Positions 19,852-31,166 of a stretch of DNA of 64,000 nucleotides are shown piece by piece. The stretch lies in contig NZ_SBIV01000002.1 in the NCBI RefSeq assembly GCF_004765795.1, positions 248,001 to 312,000 on the forward strand, read 5' to 3'. The notes under the pieces are model-generated. The model saw nothing but the letters and a program-made list of their open reading frames with translations, was not told where the DNA came from and made no database searches. This DNA is from Halorussus marinus (GTDB lineage: Archaea > Halobacteriota > Halobacteria > Halobacteriales > Haladaptataceae). Numbering within the stretch: position 1 is the first letter of the stretch; each line of letters begins with the position of its first letter. A program made the translations under genes and the position numbers.

Positions 19852-19971
19852 GCGCGAGCGACCGAAGGGAGCGCGGACCGAGGCACCCCCGAAGGGGGTG
19901 ACGACGGTTTTTGATCGAGCTTTTGCAAGGGCGGCGCGTTTATGCGCCGCCCCCAGCAAAAGGTCGTCGTC
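19852..19971. repeat. Intergenic multi-hairpin palindromic element (REP/PATE-like)
   Basis: CACCCCC-GAA-GGGGGTG (19884-19900); CTTTTGC..GGGCGGCGC-N6-GCGCCGCCC..GCAAAAG (19920-19962). Confidence 0.65.
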
Positions 19972-20722
19972 AGTCCGCCGCCTGCTGTCCGCTGTCGACC
20001 GCGTACTCCCGGACCGCGTCGGCGAGACGCCGGCGGTACTCGCTCTCGTCGGGGTCCGGACCGAGCGACTCGAACTGGCGTTTGAACGCGGCGAGGTCGA
20101 CGCCGGGCGCGTCGTTGGCGGCCGCGTGGGCGAGGTCGTAGAGCCGGTGGTCCTCGGCCACCAGATCGTGGCGCTCGACCAGCGCCAGCGCGAACGCGGC
20201 GTTGACCGCGGTCATCTCGGGGTCGGCCGTGCTGGTGATCCGGAGGCCGTCCTGCTCGCGGGCGGGGTTGTCGGCGACCGCCGCGGCGAGTTCGGATTCG
20301 AGGAACGCGACCAGCTTGTCGGTCGGGCCGACCCGGAGGGTGATGTCGTCGGCGTAGATGTCTTTCATGTGGTTGGCGATCTGGTAGCAGTGGGTCACCC
20401 GGCGGCGCTCGACCGACTTGCCAGACAGCGCGAGAAAGAGCACCTCCTCGGTCGACTGGGTGTGAGACGGATGGGCGTGCTCGTGGCGGGCCATGTGGGC
20501 GAACTCGTGGAGCGCGAGCTCGCGGGCCATCGCGCTGGTGGCGGCCTGCCGGGAGATGTTCAGGACGTGTTTTCCGTCGGGGTGGGCGGTCCAGGTCCGC
20601 TCGTCCGGGCTGTCCCGGACGTGGACGTGGACCGGCCGATCGAGGTCGTGGCCGGTCTCGAAGAGGTCGCGGGCGCGGAGAAACGGCACGGTGGGTCCGG
20701 GGCCGTGAACGTGGAGATCCAT
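19970..20722 (-). CDS. Conserved haloarchaeal protein (DUF5781-like) with HExxH motif
   Basis: Acidic ORF with ELALHEFAHM; divergent from EF-2. Confidence 0.75.
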   Translation of the reverse strand: MDLHVHGPGPTVPFLRARDLFETGHDLDRPVHVHVRDSPDERTWTAHPDGKHVLNISRQAATSAMARELALHEFAHMARHEHAHPSHTQSTEEVLFLALSGKSVERRRVTHCYQIANHMKDIYADDITLRVGPTDKLVAFLESELAAAVADNPAREQDGLRITSTADPEMTAVNAAFALALVERHDLVAEDHRLYDLAHAAANDAPGVDLAAFKRQFESLGPDPDESEYRRRLADAVREYAVDSGQQAAD

Positions 20723-20854
20723 GTCTACTAGTGGCACGGACTCGGCGAGTATGACTCTTCCGCTGCGTGCGAGCCGGTGTCAGGGACTGAGGCGCCGACG
20801 CCGCCGATGAGGAAACACTATGCTTTTCAACCTCCTGCCGGTAGAAGGTCCATA

Positions 20855-23041
20855 ATGGGTAGACGAAAGAAGATCGTCGAACAGTGCGAGCGACTGATGG
20901 ACGAACCGGAGAACATCCGGAACATCGCTATCGCCGCACACGTCGACCACGGCAAGACCACACTGACGGACAACCTCCTCGCCGGCGCGGGTATGATCGC
21001 CGACCAGGGGGAGGCGACGCAGCTGATGATGGACACCGAGGAGGACGAACAGGAACGGGGCATCACCATCGACGCCGCGAACGTCTCGATGACCCACGAG
21101 TACGAGGACACCGCCCACCTCATCAACCTCATCGACACGCCGGGCCACGTCGACTTCGGCGGTGACGTGACCCGCGCGATGCGCGCCGTCGACGGCGCGC
21201 TCGTGGTCGTCGACGCGGTCGAGGGCGCGATGCCCCAGACCGAGACCGTGCTCCGGCAGGCGCTCCGAGAGGGCGTCAAGCCGACCCTGTTCATCAACAA
21301 GGTCGACCGCCTCATCTCGGAGCTCCAGGAGGGCCCCGAGGAGATGCAGCGCCGACTGCTCAACGTCATCGACGACGTCAACGAGCTCATCCGGGGCATG
21401 ACCGAGGAGATGGACGACATCGAGGACTGGACCGTCTCCGTCGAGGAGGGGACGGTCGGCTTCGGGTCGGCCCTCTACAAGTGGGGCGTCTCGATGCCGT
21501 CGATGCAGCGCACCGGCATGGACTTTGGCGACATCATGGAGCTCGAACGCGCCGACAAGCGCCAGGAGCTTCACGAGCGCACGCCGCTGTCGGACGTGGT
21601 GCTCGACATGGTGTGTGAGCACTTCCCGAACCCCATCGACGCCCAGCCCCGTCGTATCCCGCGCATCTGGCGCGGCGACGACGACACCGACCTCGCCGAG
21701 GGCATGCGCCTCGTCGACGAGGAAGGCGAGGTCGTCCTGATGGTCACCGACATCGGCGTCGACCCCCACGCGGGCGAGATCGCCGCGGGTCGCGTCTTCT
21801 CCGGGACGCTGGAGAAGGGCCAGGAGCTGTACGTCTCCGGGACCGCCGGGAAGAACCGGATCCAGAGCGTCGGCATCTACATGGGCGGCGAGCGCGAGGA
21901 AGTCGACCGCGTTCCCGCCGGGAACATCGCCGCCGTCACGGGTCTGAAAGACGCCATCGCGGGCTCGACGGTGTCCAGCGTCGAGATGACGCCGTTCGAG
22001 TCGATCGAGCACATCTCGGAGCCGGTCATCACCAAGTCCGTCGAGGCCAAGAACATGGACGACCTCCCGAAGCTCATCGAGACGCTCCGGCAGGTCTCCA
22101 AGGAGGACCCGACGATCCAGGTCACGATCAACGAGGACACCGGCGAGCACCTCATCTCCGGGCAGGGCGAACTCCACCTCGAGGTCATCACCCAGCGCAT
22201 CGAGCGCAATCAGGGCATCCCGGTCAACACGGGCGAACCGATCGTCGTGTTCCGCGAGGCCATCCAGGAGATGACCGACGTCATCGAGGGCATCTCGCCG
22301 AACCGCCACAACCGGTTCTACATCCAGGCCCAGCCGCTCACCGAGGAGATCATCGAGACGATCAAGCTCGGCGACGTGTCGATGGACATGCCCGAACAGG
22401 AGCGCCGTGAGGCGCTTCAGGAGGCGGGCATGGAGAAGGACATGTCCCAGAACGTCGAGCACATCCACGGGACGAACATCCTCATCGACGACACGAAGGG
22501 GATCCAGCACCTCAACGAGACGATGGAGCTCGTCATCGAGGGCCTCGAAGAGGCGCTCAACGACGGTCCGCTCGCGGGCGAGCCCGTTCAGGGCACCCTG
22601 TTGCGGCTCGAAGACGCGAAGCTCCACGAGGACACCATCCACCGCGGTCCCGCACAGGTCATCCCCGCGGTCCGCAACGCGGTCCACAACGCGCTCGTCG
22701 AGGGCGAGGTCCGACTCCTCGAACCGATGCAGGACGTCCGGATCGACGTGCCAAACGAGTACATGGGCTCGGCCTCCGGCGAGATTCAGGGCCGGCGGGG
22801 CCGCGTCGACGACATGTACCAGGAGGGCGACCTGATGGTCGTCGAGGGCGTCGCGCCCGTCGACGAGATGATCGGGTTCTCCTCGGACATCCGGAGCGCG
22901 ACCGAGGGTCGCGCGTCGTGGAACACCGAGAACGCCGGCTTCGAAGTCATGGCCGACAACCTCCAGCGCGAGACGATCATGGAGATCCGCGAGCGCAAGG
23001 GCATGAAGCTCGAACTCCCCGCGGCGGTCGACTACTTCTAA
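20855..23041 (+). CDS. fusA: Translation elongation factor 2
   Basis: [34 protein letters not shown] diphthamide loop. Confidence 0.98.
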   Translation: MGRRKKIVEQCERLMDEPENIRNIAIAAHVDHGKTTLTDNLLAGAGMIADQGEATQLMMDTEEDEQERGITIDAANVSMTHEYEDTAHLINLIDTPGHVDFGGDVTRAMRAVDGALVVVDAVEGAMPQTETVLRQALREGVKPTLFINKVDRLISELQEGPEEMQRRLLNVIDDVNELIRGMTEEMDDIEDWTVSVEEGTVGFGSALYKWGVSMPSMQRTGMDFGDIMELERADKRQELHERTPLSDVVLDMVCEHFPNPIDAQPRRIPRIWRGDDDTDLAEGMRLVDEEGEVVLMVTDIGVDPHAGEIAAGRVFSGTLEKGQELYVSGTAGKNRIQSVGIYMGGEREEVDRVPAGNIAAVTGLKDAIAGSTVSSVEMTPFESIEHISEPVITKSVEAKNMDDLPKLIETLRQVSKEDPTIQVTINEDTGEHLISGQGELHLEVITQRIERNQGIPVNTGEPIVVFREAIQEMTDVIEGISPNRHNRFYIQAQPLTEEIIETIKLGDVSMDMPEQERREALQEAGMEKDMSQNVEHIHGTNILIDDTKGIQHLNETMELVIEGLEEALNDGPLAGEPVQGTLLRLEDAKLHEDTIHRGPAQVIPAVRNAVHNALVEGEVRLLEPMQDVRIDVPNEYMGSASGEIQGRRGRVDDMYQEGDLMVVEGVAPVDEMIGFSSDIRSATEGRASWNTENAGFEVMADNLQRETIMEIRERKGMKLELPAAVDYF

Positions 23042-23146
23042 CGCTCCGGAACCGTTTTCGTCGGTTCGGAGCGCCGGGCGGACGCCCGCACTATTTGGGA
23101 ACGACTGAAGCCTTATCACCTCCCGGACGCGAGACAACGAACAACG

Positions 23147-23689
23147 ATGAGCGACGACGCTAGCGGCGGCGAACTCCGAGCGCACACGGTCCGGCTCGAA
23201 CTGGTCGACGAACCCGGCGAGCTGTTGAACGCGCTCGAACCGATCGCGGACAACGGCGGCAATCTCCTCTCGATATTCCACGAGCGCGGCTCGCTCACGC
23301 CGCGGGGACACATCCCGGTGGAGGTCGACCTCGAGTGTCTGCCCCACCAGCTCGATGCGATCGTCGCGGACCTCCGGGAGTCGGGGGTCAACGTGATCCG
23401 TGCGGGCACCGAGCGCTACGGCGAGGAGGTGACCGTCCTGCTCGTCGGTCACGTCGTGGAGACCGACTTCTCGGAGACGCTGTCGACCATCGAGTCGGAC
23501 GCGGCCGCCTCGGTCGTCGACGTGTCGCTGTCGGCGCCCAACGGCACCAGCGACGTCTCGAGCGCTCGGCTCCGGCTCGCGACCGAGCCCGGCAAGACCG
23601 GAGAGGTGACCGAGGCGGTCCGCGAGGTCGCCGAGCGCAAGGACTTGCAGGTCGTCGAACCGCTGACGGAACTGGAGGGGTCGGCGTGA
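23147..23689 (+). CDS. ACT-domain allosteric regulator associated with homoserine dehydrogenase
   Basis: LVDEPGELLNALEPIADNGGNLLSIFH ACT motif; overlaps hom. Confidence 0.85.
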   Translation: MSDDASGGELRAHTVRLELVDEPGELLNALEPIADNGGNLLSIFHERGSLTPRGHIPVEVDLECLPHQLDAIVADLRESGVNVIRAGTERYGEEVTVLLVGHVVETDFSETLSTIESDAAASVVDVSLSAPNGTSDVSSARLRLATEPGKTGEVTEAVREVAERKDLQVVEPLTELEGSA

Positions 23690-24627
23690 AACTCGCGATC
23701 CTCGGCGCGGGCGCGGTCGGCCGGTCGGTCGCCGAACTGGCGGGCGAGTACGGCCACGAGGTCGCGGCGCTCGCGGACTCGACCAGCGCCGCGGTCGATC
23801 CCGGCGGGATCGACGTCGAGCGAGCGCTCGCCGAGAAAGCCCAGACGGGGAGAGTCGGCGCGGCCGCGCCCGAGGACGCCCTCGGGACCGAGTACGACGC
23901 GCTCGTCGAGGCGACCCCAACCACGCTCGGGGACGCCCAGCCCGGGTTCGGCCACGTCCGGACCGCGCTCGAACGCGACCGCAACGTCGTGCTGGCGAAC
24001 AAGGGCCCCGTCGCCGAGCGGTACGACGAACTCCGGGAACTCGAACGCGAGAGCGCGGGCTCGGTCCGGTTCGAGGCGACCGTCGGCGGAGCGATCCCGG
24101 TGCTCTCGACCATCGAGAGCTACGACCCCGCGACGATCACCGCGGCGCGGGGCGTTCTCAACGGCACCGCGAACTTCGTGCTCTCGCGGATGGCCGCCGA
24201 GGGACTCGGCTACGAGCACGTCCTCGCAGAAGCACAGGACCTCGGGGTCGCGGAGGCCGACCCCTCGTTCGACGTGGACGGCACCGACGCCGCGCTCAAG
24301 TGCGTGATCCTCGCGAACGTGCTCGGAACGGGGAACTACTCGCTCGCCGACGCCGAGGTCGAGGGCATCGACGAACTCCCGGGGAGCGCGCTCGAACTGG
24401 CGGCCGAGGACGGCCGCACTATCCGGCTCATCGGCGAGGCGACCCCCGAGGGAGTCCGGGTCGGCCCGCGGCTCGTCCCCGAGAACGGGACGCTCGCGGT
24501 GACCGGCACGCGGAACATCGTCCAGTTGGAGACCGAACACGCCGGGCGGCTGAACCTCAGCGGCCGGGGCGCCGGCGGGCCCGAGACCGCGACGGCGGTG
24601 CTCGCGGACGTGAACCGACTCGAATAG
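23686..24627 (+). CDS. hom: Homoserine dehydrogenase
   Basis: GAGAVG, ANKGP, FEATVGGAIP, GVLNGTANF, GRGAGGPETA; GTG start. Confidence 0.95.
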   Translation: MKLAILGAGAVGRSVAELAGEYGHEVAALADSTSAAVDPGGIDVERALAEKAQTGRVGAAAPEDALGTEYDALVEATPTTLGDAQPGFGHVRTALERDRNVVLANKGPVAERYDELRELERESAGSVRFEATVGGAIPVLSTIESYDPATITAARGVLNGTANFVLSRMAAEGLGYEHVLAEAQDLGVAEADPSFDVDGTDAALKCVILANVLGTGNYSLADAEVEGIDELPGSALELAAEDGRTIRLIGEATPEGVRVGPRLVPENGTLAVTGTRNIVQLETEHAGRLNLSGRGAGGPETATAVLADVNRLE

Positions 24628-24807
24628 GCGCCCGCTCGACCCGCGGGGCGGGCCGGTCGCTCGTTTCAGCCCTCGCCGACCTAAATCGTGCGACGGTCTA
24701 CCAACAACCGACAGACGGCGCCGGGGTGGGTAGCATAGCGTATCGAAATGGTTTTAACCGCTTCTGCCAAATGATTCCGATAGAGCGCGTCTGCGCGTGA
24801 GATACAA

Positions 24808-26070
24808 ATGAGCGACGAACAACACCAGAACCTGGCCATTATCGGCCACGTCGACCACGGCAAGAGTACGCTCGTGGGACGACTCCTCTACGAGACGGGG
24901 AGCGTACCCGAGCACGTCATCGAACAGCACAAAGAAGAGGCCGAGGAGAAGGGCAAGGGCGGCTTCGAGTTCGCCTACGTCATGGACAACCTCGCCGAAG
25001 AGCGCGAGCGCGGTGTCACCATCGACATCGCCCACCAGGAGTTCAGCACGGACGCCTACGACTTCACCATCGTGGACTGTCCCGGCCACCGTGACTTCGT
25101 CAAGAACATGATCACGGGGGCCTCGCAGGCCGACAACGCGGTGCTCGTCGTCGCGGCCGACGACGGCGTCGCGCCCCAGACCCAGGAGCACGTCTTCCTG
25201 GCTCGGACGCTCGGCATCGACGAGCTCATCGTCGGCATCAACAAGATGGACCTCGTCGACTACGAGGAGGCCAAGTACAAGGAGGTCGTCTCCGAGGTCG
25301 AGGACCTGCTCAAGCAGGTGCAGTTCAACACCGACGACGCCGGCTTCATCCCGATCTCGGCGTTCGAGGGCGACAACATCGCCGAGGAGTCGGACAACAC
25401 GCCGTGGTACGACGGCGAGATCCTGCTCGAGGCGCTCAACAACCTCGAACCGCCGGAGCCGCCGACGGACGCGCCGCTCCGGCTCCCGATCCAGGACGTT
25501 TACACGATCTCCGGTATCGGGACCGTCCCGGTCGGCCGCGTCGAGACCGGCATCCTCAGCACCGGCGACAACGTCTCGTTCCAGCCCAGCGACGTGGGCG
25601 GCGAGGTCAAGACCGTCGAGATGCACCACGAGGAGGTCCCGAAGGCCGAACCCGGCGACAACGTCGGGTTCAACGTTCGGGGCATCGGCAAGGACGACAT
25701 CCGCCGCGGTGACGTCTGTGGCCCCGCCGACGATCCGCCGTCGGTCGCCGAGACGTTCCAGGCACAGATCGTCGTGATGCAGCACCCGTCGGTCATCACC
25801 GACGGCTACACGCCGGTCTTCCACGCCCACACCGCGCAGGTCGCGTGTACCATCGAATCCATCGACAAGAAGATGGACCCCTCGTCGGGCGAGGTCGCCG
25901 AGGAGAACCCCGACTTCATCCAGTCGGGCGACGCCGCGGTCGTCACCGTCCGACCCCAGAAGCCTCTCTCGATCGAGCCGTCGAGCGAGATCCCCGAGCT
26001 CGGTAGCTTCGCGATCCGCGACATGGGCCAGACCATCGCGGCCGGCAAGGTCCTCAGCGTCAACGAGTAA
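24808..26070 (+). CDS. tuf: Translation elongation factor 1-alpha
   Basis: [35 protein letters not shown]. Confidence 0.98.
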   Translation: MSDEQHQNLAIIGHVDHGKSTLVGRLLYETGSVPEHVIEQHKEEAEEKGKGGFEFAYVMDNLAEERERGVTIDIAHQEFSTDAYDFTIVDCPGHRDFVKNMITGASQADNAVLVVAADDGVAPQTQEHVFLARTLGIDELIVGINKMDLVDYEEAKYKEVVSEVEDLLKQVQFNTDDAGFIPISAFEGDNIAEESDNTPWYDGEILLEALNNLEPPEPPTDAPLRLPIQDVYTISGIGTVPVGRVETGILSTGDNVSFQPSDVGGEVKTVEMHHEEVPKAEPGDNVGFNVRGIGKDDIRRGDVCGPADDPPSVAETFQAQIVVMQHPSVITDGYTPVFHAHTAQVACTIESIDKKMDPSSGEVAEENPDFIQSGDAAVVTVRPQKPLSIEPSSEIPELGSFAIRDMGQTIAAGKVLSVNE

Positions 26071-26073
26071 CGC

Positions 26074-26382
26074 ATGCAGCAAGCACGCGTTCGACTGGCC
26101 GGAACCAGTCCCGAGGACCTCGACGACATCTGCGACGACGTCCGCGAGATCGCGAACAAGACGGGCGTCTCGCTGTCGGGTCCCATCCCGCTGCCGACGA
26201 AGACGCTGGAAGTCCCCACCCGAAAGTCCCCCGACGGCGAGGGGACCGCGACGTGGGAGCACTGGGAGATGCGCGTCCACAAGCGTCTCATCGACATCGA
26301 CGCCGACGAACGCGCGCTCCGCCAGCTCATGCGGATTCAGGTCCCGAACGACGTGAGCATCGAGATCGTCCTCGAGGACTGA
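26074..26382 (+). CDS. rpsJ: 30S ribosomal protein S10 (uS10)
   Basis: [28 protein letters not shown]. Confidence 0.98.
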   Translation: MQQARVRLAGTSPEDLDDICDDVREIANKTGVSLSGPIPLPTKTLEVPTRKSPDGEGTATWEHWEMRVHKRLIDIDADERALRQLMRIQVPNDVSIEIVLED

Positions 26383-26437
26383 ACCGCGGGCGCGAGCCCA
26401 CCCGACCCTTCGGAGCCGAGCGGGGTTTCGACTCCGC

Positions 26438-26457
26438 GACGGATTCTCCGTTTTTCT
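26438..26457 (+). terminator. Putative terminator of the tuf-rps10 transcript
   Basis: ACGGA-TTC-TCCGT hairpin running into a T tract. Confidence 0.45.
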
Positions 26458-26604
26458 CACCGAACAGCCACATCGCTCCCCTGTCTTTTTGTCGTCCGGA
26501 GCCGTATCCCGGTTCGTGACACAGCACCCCAACGAACCCCCACGTCGGGCGTGGCACGCCCCGAGCGCCCGGGCCCGGTCGGGACTCGACGGAGGACCGG
26601 CCCC

Positions 26605-27222
26605 GTGAGCGGTCGGGACCTCTCGGCGGGATCGGGACGGAGTCCGACCGTCGAGACCCTCGGGGCGTTCGCGGTCGTCTTCGCCGCCCAGTCGCTCGTG
26701 GCGCTCCTCTCGGAGGGGCTGTCCTACGGGCTGTTCGCGCTCGCGCCGCCGGTTTCGGCTCGGCCGTGGACCCTGCTGGTGAGCGTTTACGCCCACGACG
26801 GCGTCGGCCACCTGCTGTCGAACGCGGTGGTGCTGGCGCTGGTCGGGTTCGCGGTCGAGCGCGTGACGACCAAGTGGCGATTCCACGCCTTCTTCGCGTC
26901 GGCGGGGATGATCGCGGGACTCGCCCAGATCGCGGTCTCCAGTGCGGTGACGACCGGACGGGCGCCGGCGGTGCTCGGGGCGAGCGGCGCGGTGTTCGGG
27001 CTGGCGGGCTACCTACTGGCCGGCAACGCGGTGACCGACACGGTGCTCCGGCGGCTCCCGATCGGCGCTCGCGGGCGGGTCGGACTCTTGCTCGTGCTCG
27101 CGGGCGGGGTGACGCTCCTCACGGCGGCGCCGGGGGTCGCGCTGGTCGCGCACTTCACCGGCTTCGTGGTGGGCGTCCTCGCCGGGCGTGCACACCTGTT
27201 GCGCACCGGGGGCGAAACATAA
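26605..27222 (+). CDS. Rhomboid family intramembrane serine protease
   Basis: HLLSN, GASGAVFG, AHFTG; start codon uncertain. Confidence 0.88.
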   Translation: MSGRDLSAGSGRSPTVETLGAFAVVFAAQSLVALLSEGLSYGLFALAPPVSARPWTLLVSVYAHDGVGHLLSNAVVLALVGFAVERVTTKWRFHAFFASAGMIAGLAQIAVSSAVTTGRAPAVLGASGAVFGLAGYLLAGNAVTDTVLRRLPIGARGRVGLLLVLAGGVTLLTAAPGVALVAHFTGFVVGVLAGRAHLLRTGGET

Positions 27223-27262
27223 GCTTCTAATAAGTGCGGGCGCTACCCGTTATTGCGTTCGC

Positions 27263-27334
27263 GGGCTCGTAGATCAGCGGTAGATCGCTTCCTTCGCAAG
27301 GAAGAGGCCCGGGGTTCAAATCCCCGCGAGTCCA
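27263..27334 (+). tRNA. tRNA-Ala (CGC)
   Basis: GGGCTCGTAGATCAGCGGTAGATCGCTTCCTTCGCAAGGAAGAGGCCCGGGGTTCAAATCCCCGCGAGTCCA; anticodon CGC. Confidence 0.96.
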
Positions 27335-27511
27335 TCCCGTTTCTAAGTTTCTCGAGATTCGCTCTCGAAGCGTCTCGGTCGGTCGTAGTAGCCCCGAGTC
27401 CGCTCGCTCGCGGGCATCACCCCGGTTCGAGCGCGCCGTCGGCCACACGCGTTCGACCGACCGGTGGGTGTATCACAATACTGAAAAGGCCCTCACGACT
27501 CTACACTCGCT

Positions 27512-29068
27512 GTGAGAGATTATTCGACGGAGTTCGGCGACGGCGGACTCAACTCGGAACTCGACGTCGCGTCACTTCTGCGGGAATGCGGCCTCGACGC
27601 CGAGGAGATCGAATGGCGAAAGGAGTTCATCGGGTTCGACGAGACCGACCAAGCGCATCTGTCGCGGCTGGAGCCGCTGTTTCGGGAGCACGCCGACCGG
27701 ATCGCCGAGGACTTCTACGAGAATCTGACTCGATACGACGACACGGTGGGGGTAATGGACCGCTCGTCGAAGGGCATCGAACAGCTCAAACGAACCCAGT
27801 CGGCCTACTTCGTGACGCTCGCGAGCGGGGACTACGGGACCGAGTACTTCGCGGATCGGGCCCGGATCGGGAAGATCCACGATCTGCTCGAGATGCCGAT
27901 GAAACACTACATCGGCCAGTACGGCGTGTACTACGACCTCATCTTCCCGCTTCTGTTCGAGCGGTTCGGAGAGCGCCTCGCGGATCGGCTCGTCGACGAG
28001 GACGGCGCGGCGACCGACGGTGGACTCGCCGCGGGCGCGACCGCCGACAGCCAAGCCGTAGAACGGGCGATCACCGAGGAGCTCGACCGAGGGTTAGAGG
28101 AGATCCTCGCGGTCCTGCGGATCATCAATCTGGACATGCAGGTCGTGGCGGACACGTACATCCACTCGTACAGCCAACAGCTAGAGGACGCCCTCGACGA
28201 CCAAGAGCAGTTGATGCGTGAGGTCGAGACCGACGTGCACGCGCCGCTCACCGACTTGCAGGAGATGTCCGAGGAGGTCGCCGAGAGCACGGCCCGCATG
28301 AACGACGTCGCCGACGGGCAGGTCGAGTCGATGGAGAACGTCTCGGCGGAAGTGTCGACCATGGCGGCGACGGTCGAGGAGATCGCGGCCACGGCGGACG
28401 ACGTCGCCGAGGCGAGCGAGCGGGCCGAGGCGTTGGCGGCGGAAGGCCAGACGGCCGCAGACGAGGCCATCGACGTCATGGAGCAGGTGAACACGGCCTC
28501 CGAGACCACCGCCGACGACGTCGAGCGGTTGCAAGATCGGATAGACGAGATCGACGAGATGGTGAACGTCATAAACGACATCGCCGAGCAGACGAACCTC
28601 CTCGCGCTCAACGCCTCGATCGAGGCCGCCCGGGCGGGCGAGGACGGCGACGGGTTCGCGGTCGTCGCCGACGAGGTCAAAACCCTCGCGGAGAAGTCCC
28701 AAGACCACGCCGGCGAGATCGAAGAACAGGTCGCCGAGATCAAGGCCGACGCGTCCCGGACGGTCGAGAGCCTCGAGACGACGACCCGACAGGTCGACGA
28801 GGGGTTACAGCAGGTCGAAGCCACCGTAGACACGCTACTCGAGATCGTCGACGCGGTGAAAGACACGTCGACGGGGATACAGGAGGTCGCGGACGCGACC
28901 GACGATCAGGCCGCGAGCACCGAGGAAGTCGCGGGGATGATCGACGAGATGGTAGCACAGACCGAGCAGGTCGCGACCGAGATCGAGGAAGTCGCCGCCG
29001 CGAACGACCAGCAGTCCGCGAGGGTCGAGGACATCCACCAGACCGTCAAGAAACTCGGAGACGACTGA
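27512..29068 (+). CDS. Globin-coupled chemotaxis sensor (HemAT-like)
   Basis: Sensor globin motifs ([28 protein letters not shown]); soluble MA domain with [23 protein letters not shown] start uncertain. Confidence 0.9.
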   Translation: MRDYSTEFGDGGLNSELDVASLLRECGLDAEEIEWRKEFIGFDETDQAHLSRLEPLFREHADRIAEDFYENLTRYDDTVGVMDRSSKGIEQLKRTQSAYFVTLASGDYGTEYFADRARIGKIHDLLEMPMKHYIGQYGVYYDLIFPLLFERFGERLADRLVDEDGAATDGGLAAGATADSQAVERAITEELDRGLEEILAVLRIINLDMQVVADTYIHSYSQQLEDALDDQEQLMREVETDVHAPLTDLQEMSEEVAESTARMNDVADGQVESMENVSAEVSTMAATVEEIAATADDVAEASERAEALAAEGQTAADEAIDVMEQVNTASETTADDVERLQDRIDEIDEMVNVINDIAEQTNLLALNASIEAARAGEDGDGFAVVADEVKTLAEKSQDHAGEIEEQVAEIKADASRTVESLETTTRQVDEGLQQVEATVDTLLEIVDAVKDTSTGIQEVADATDDQAASTEEVAGMIDEMVAQTEQVATEIEEVAAANDQQSARVEDIHQTVKKLGDD

Positions 29069-29268
29069 TCGAGGCGGTGGGGTGAGACTCGTATAAATTT
29101 TCTCCTATCAGATCCGAACGAAAGCCATTATTTTCGGAAGTGGCTAATATAGTATTTCAGACAGAGTCGATAAACAATTCCCACGCGGCCGTGACCGAGC
29201 TCCGCGTCAGCCGCGCGTCATGCGCCGAAACACAGCCTTTACCACGGATGAACCTAAGGAACAGCACG

Positions 29269-30120
29269 ATGAGTCTCAGGTGTTCGCTCCTCGGTCACGC
29301 CTACGGGGATACCGAAATCGAGCGTGAGCGCGAGGAGCAGGGAAGCGAAGTCGTCGTCACCGTCCGGGAGTTCGAGGAGTGTCAGCGGTGTGGCGAGCGC
29401 AGCGTCGTCACCGAGAACAAGGAAGTCACCGCCATCGACCCGGCCGCCCGCGACCGCGAACGGGCCGAGTCGGAGTCCGAGGAGCCGTCGGCGTCGGCGC
29501 CGACCGGGACGGCCGGAAGCGACGACGCCGGTGCCGAGGGCGTCAGCGAGAGCGTCGGCGCCTCGGCCGCGGTCGAAAACGAGTTCGAGGCCCCTCAGTC
29601 GGCCGAAGACGACGACGCCGTGATCCTCGACGACGAGGCCGACGAGGAGTCCGGGGACGCGGACCGCGAGTCCGGCGAGTGGCCCGACGCCGACTCGACA
29701 CACCCCGCCGAGGCCGGCGAGAACCGGGGCCGGGGCGAGTGGCCCGAGGTCGGCCAGGAGGACGAGGGGTACGACGCCCGACCCGACGACGAGGACGCCG
29801 AGGTCGAGTTCGGCGGCGGGCTCGCGCCCGAGTCCGCACCGGAGGTCGACGAGAGCGAGGCCGAGGAGGTCGAGTTCGTCAACGCCGAGGGCGACACCCT
29901 CGAAACCGCCGAGACCGAGCGCCGCGGCAGGAGCGAGCTCTCGGCGGGGTTCACCGCCGGCTCGGAGGCGCCGTCGGTCTCGGGGCCCGCCGACGACCCG
30001 GACGTCGACGCGGAGTTCGTCTGCCCCGAGTGTGGCTACCGGGCGGGCGTCGCGGGGTCGTCGTTGCGGGCCGGCGACATCTGCCCGGAGTGTCGCAAGG
30101 GGTACATCGCGCGGGAGTGA
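29269..30120 (+). CDS. Acidic protein with N- and C-terminal Zn-binding motifs (DUF7093-like)
   Basis: CSLLGH...CQRC at N-terminus, CPECG...CPEC at C-terminus, D/E-rich middle. Confidence 0.75.
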   Translation: MSLRCSLLGHAYGDTEIEREREEQGSEVVVTVREFEECQRCGERSVVTENKEVTAIDPAARDRERAESESEEPSASAPTGTAGSDDAGAEGVSESVGASAAVENEFEAPQSAEDDDAVILDDEADEESGDADRESGEWPDADSTHPAEAGENRGRGEWPEVGQEDEGYDARPDDEDAEVEFGGGLAPESAPEVDESEAEEVEFVNAEGDTLETAETERRGRSELSAGFTAGSEAPSVSGPADDPDVDAEFVCPECGYRAGVAGSSLRAGDICPECRKGYIARE

Positions 30121-30188
30121 ACCGGGCGATTCAAGGGTGAGAACGACGCGAAAAGGGTTTACACCCCCCAATCCAAACGGAGCACACC

Positions 30189-30581
30189 ATGAAAGAGTAC
30201 AAGATGCGTCGCGGCGAGCATCTGGAGGACCGCATTCCCGACATGAAAGCGAAGATCGAGGAGTACTTCGGCGAAATCTCGGACACCGAGGACTGGCAGG
30301 GCCACGAACTCTACGTCGTCGACGACCCCGACAACCCCGTGTTCGACCGTATCCTCGCGGGCGCCGCCGAGTACAGCGGCAAGAAGGACAAGCTCGCGGT
30401 CCACTTCGAGGAGCGGCCCGCCGAGGACGTCATCGCCGAGGGGAACGCCGACGCCGCCGCCGACGCGGTCGACGCCAAGAACGACTTCCTGCTCGAAGCC
30501 ACCGGCCGCGACGCCAAGTCCCGGCGCGAGTCGATGAAACGCGCCGTCGAGGACGACGCCGACGCCCCCGACAACGTGTAG
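30189..30581 (+). CDS. Conserved archaeal protein (DUF5611-like)
   Basis: MKEYKMRRG start, FLLEATGRDAKSRR end. Confidence 0.75.
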   Translation: MKEYKMRRGEHLEDRIPDMKAKIEEYFGEISDTEDWQGHELYVVDDPDNPVFDRILAGAAEYSGKKDKLAVHFEERPAEDVIAEGNADAAADAVDAKNDFLLEATGRDAKSRRESMKRAVEDDADAPDNV

Positions 30582-30659
30582 GCCTCGCAGCGGCAGTCGA
30601 CGCCGTCCCGTCAGACCGAGATTCCGGTGGGGATCCGAAGACCGAACAGAAAGTCGAGG

Positions 30660-31019
30660 CTACTTGCGACCGAGTTTCTCGCGGCTGATCTTGACGCCCG
30701 TCGGCGTGACCAGTATCTGGTCGTCGCCCTTCTGGACGATGTCGCCGTCGACTTCGCGGGCGACCTGCTTGAGTTCGTTTGTGATGCGCTCGACGGTCGT
30801 GTCCTCGGTCCGGAGTCGGGTGATGTCCGCGACCACGAGGTCGCCGTCGTAGATGGCGTCTTTGATCTCGATGACGTCCTGCTGGCCCTGTATCTCCGCG
30901 ATGTGGACCTGCATCGCCGCGTCGCTCGACGCCGTATCGAAGTCGTCGAGGTTGAGTTCGACGTAGTCCTCGGCGGTCGTCGAATCGCGGTCCCCGAGGA
31001 TTTTGCTCATGAAGCCCAT
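30660..31019 (-). CDS. sepF: Cell division protein SepF
   Basis: IKDAIYDGDLVVADIT...VDGDIVQKGDDQILVTPTGVKISR. Confidence 0.9.
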   Translation of the reverse strand: MGFMSKILGDRDSTTAEDYVELNLDDFDTASSDAAMQVHIAEIQGQQDVIEIKDAIYDGDLVVADITRLRTEDTTVERITNELKQVAREVDGDIVQKGDDQILVTPTGVKISREKLGRK

Positions 31020-31166
31020 AGGGACATGGGCCGAGCGGAGGGGTATAGTTCTTACGTCAGACGGAGCCCCAGCCCCGTCACGTCCCGCGCATCGGGGTCG
31101 CCCGACCGGCGCGACGAACTCGCCGGGAGGCCGACCTTTTTGCCGAGGCCGTCCCTCGTCTCGCGT

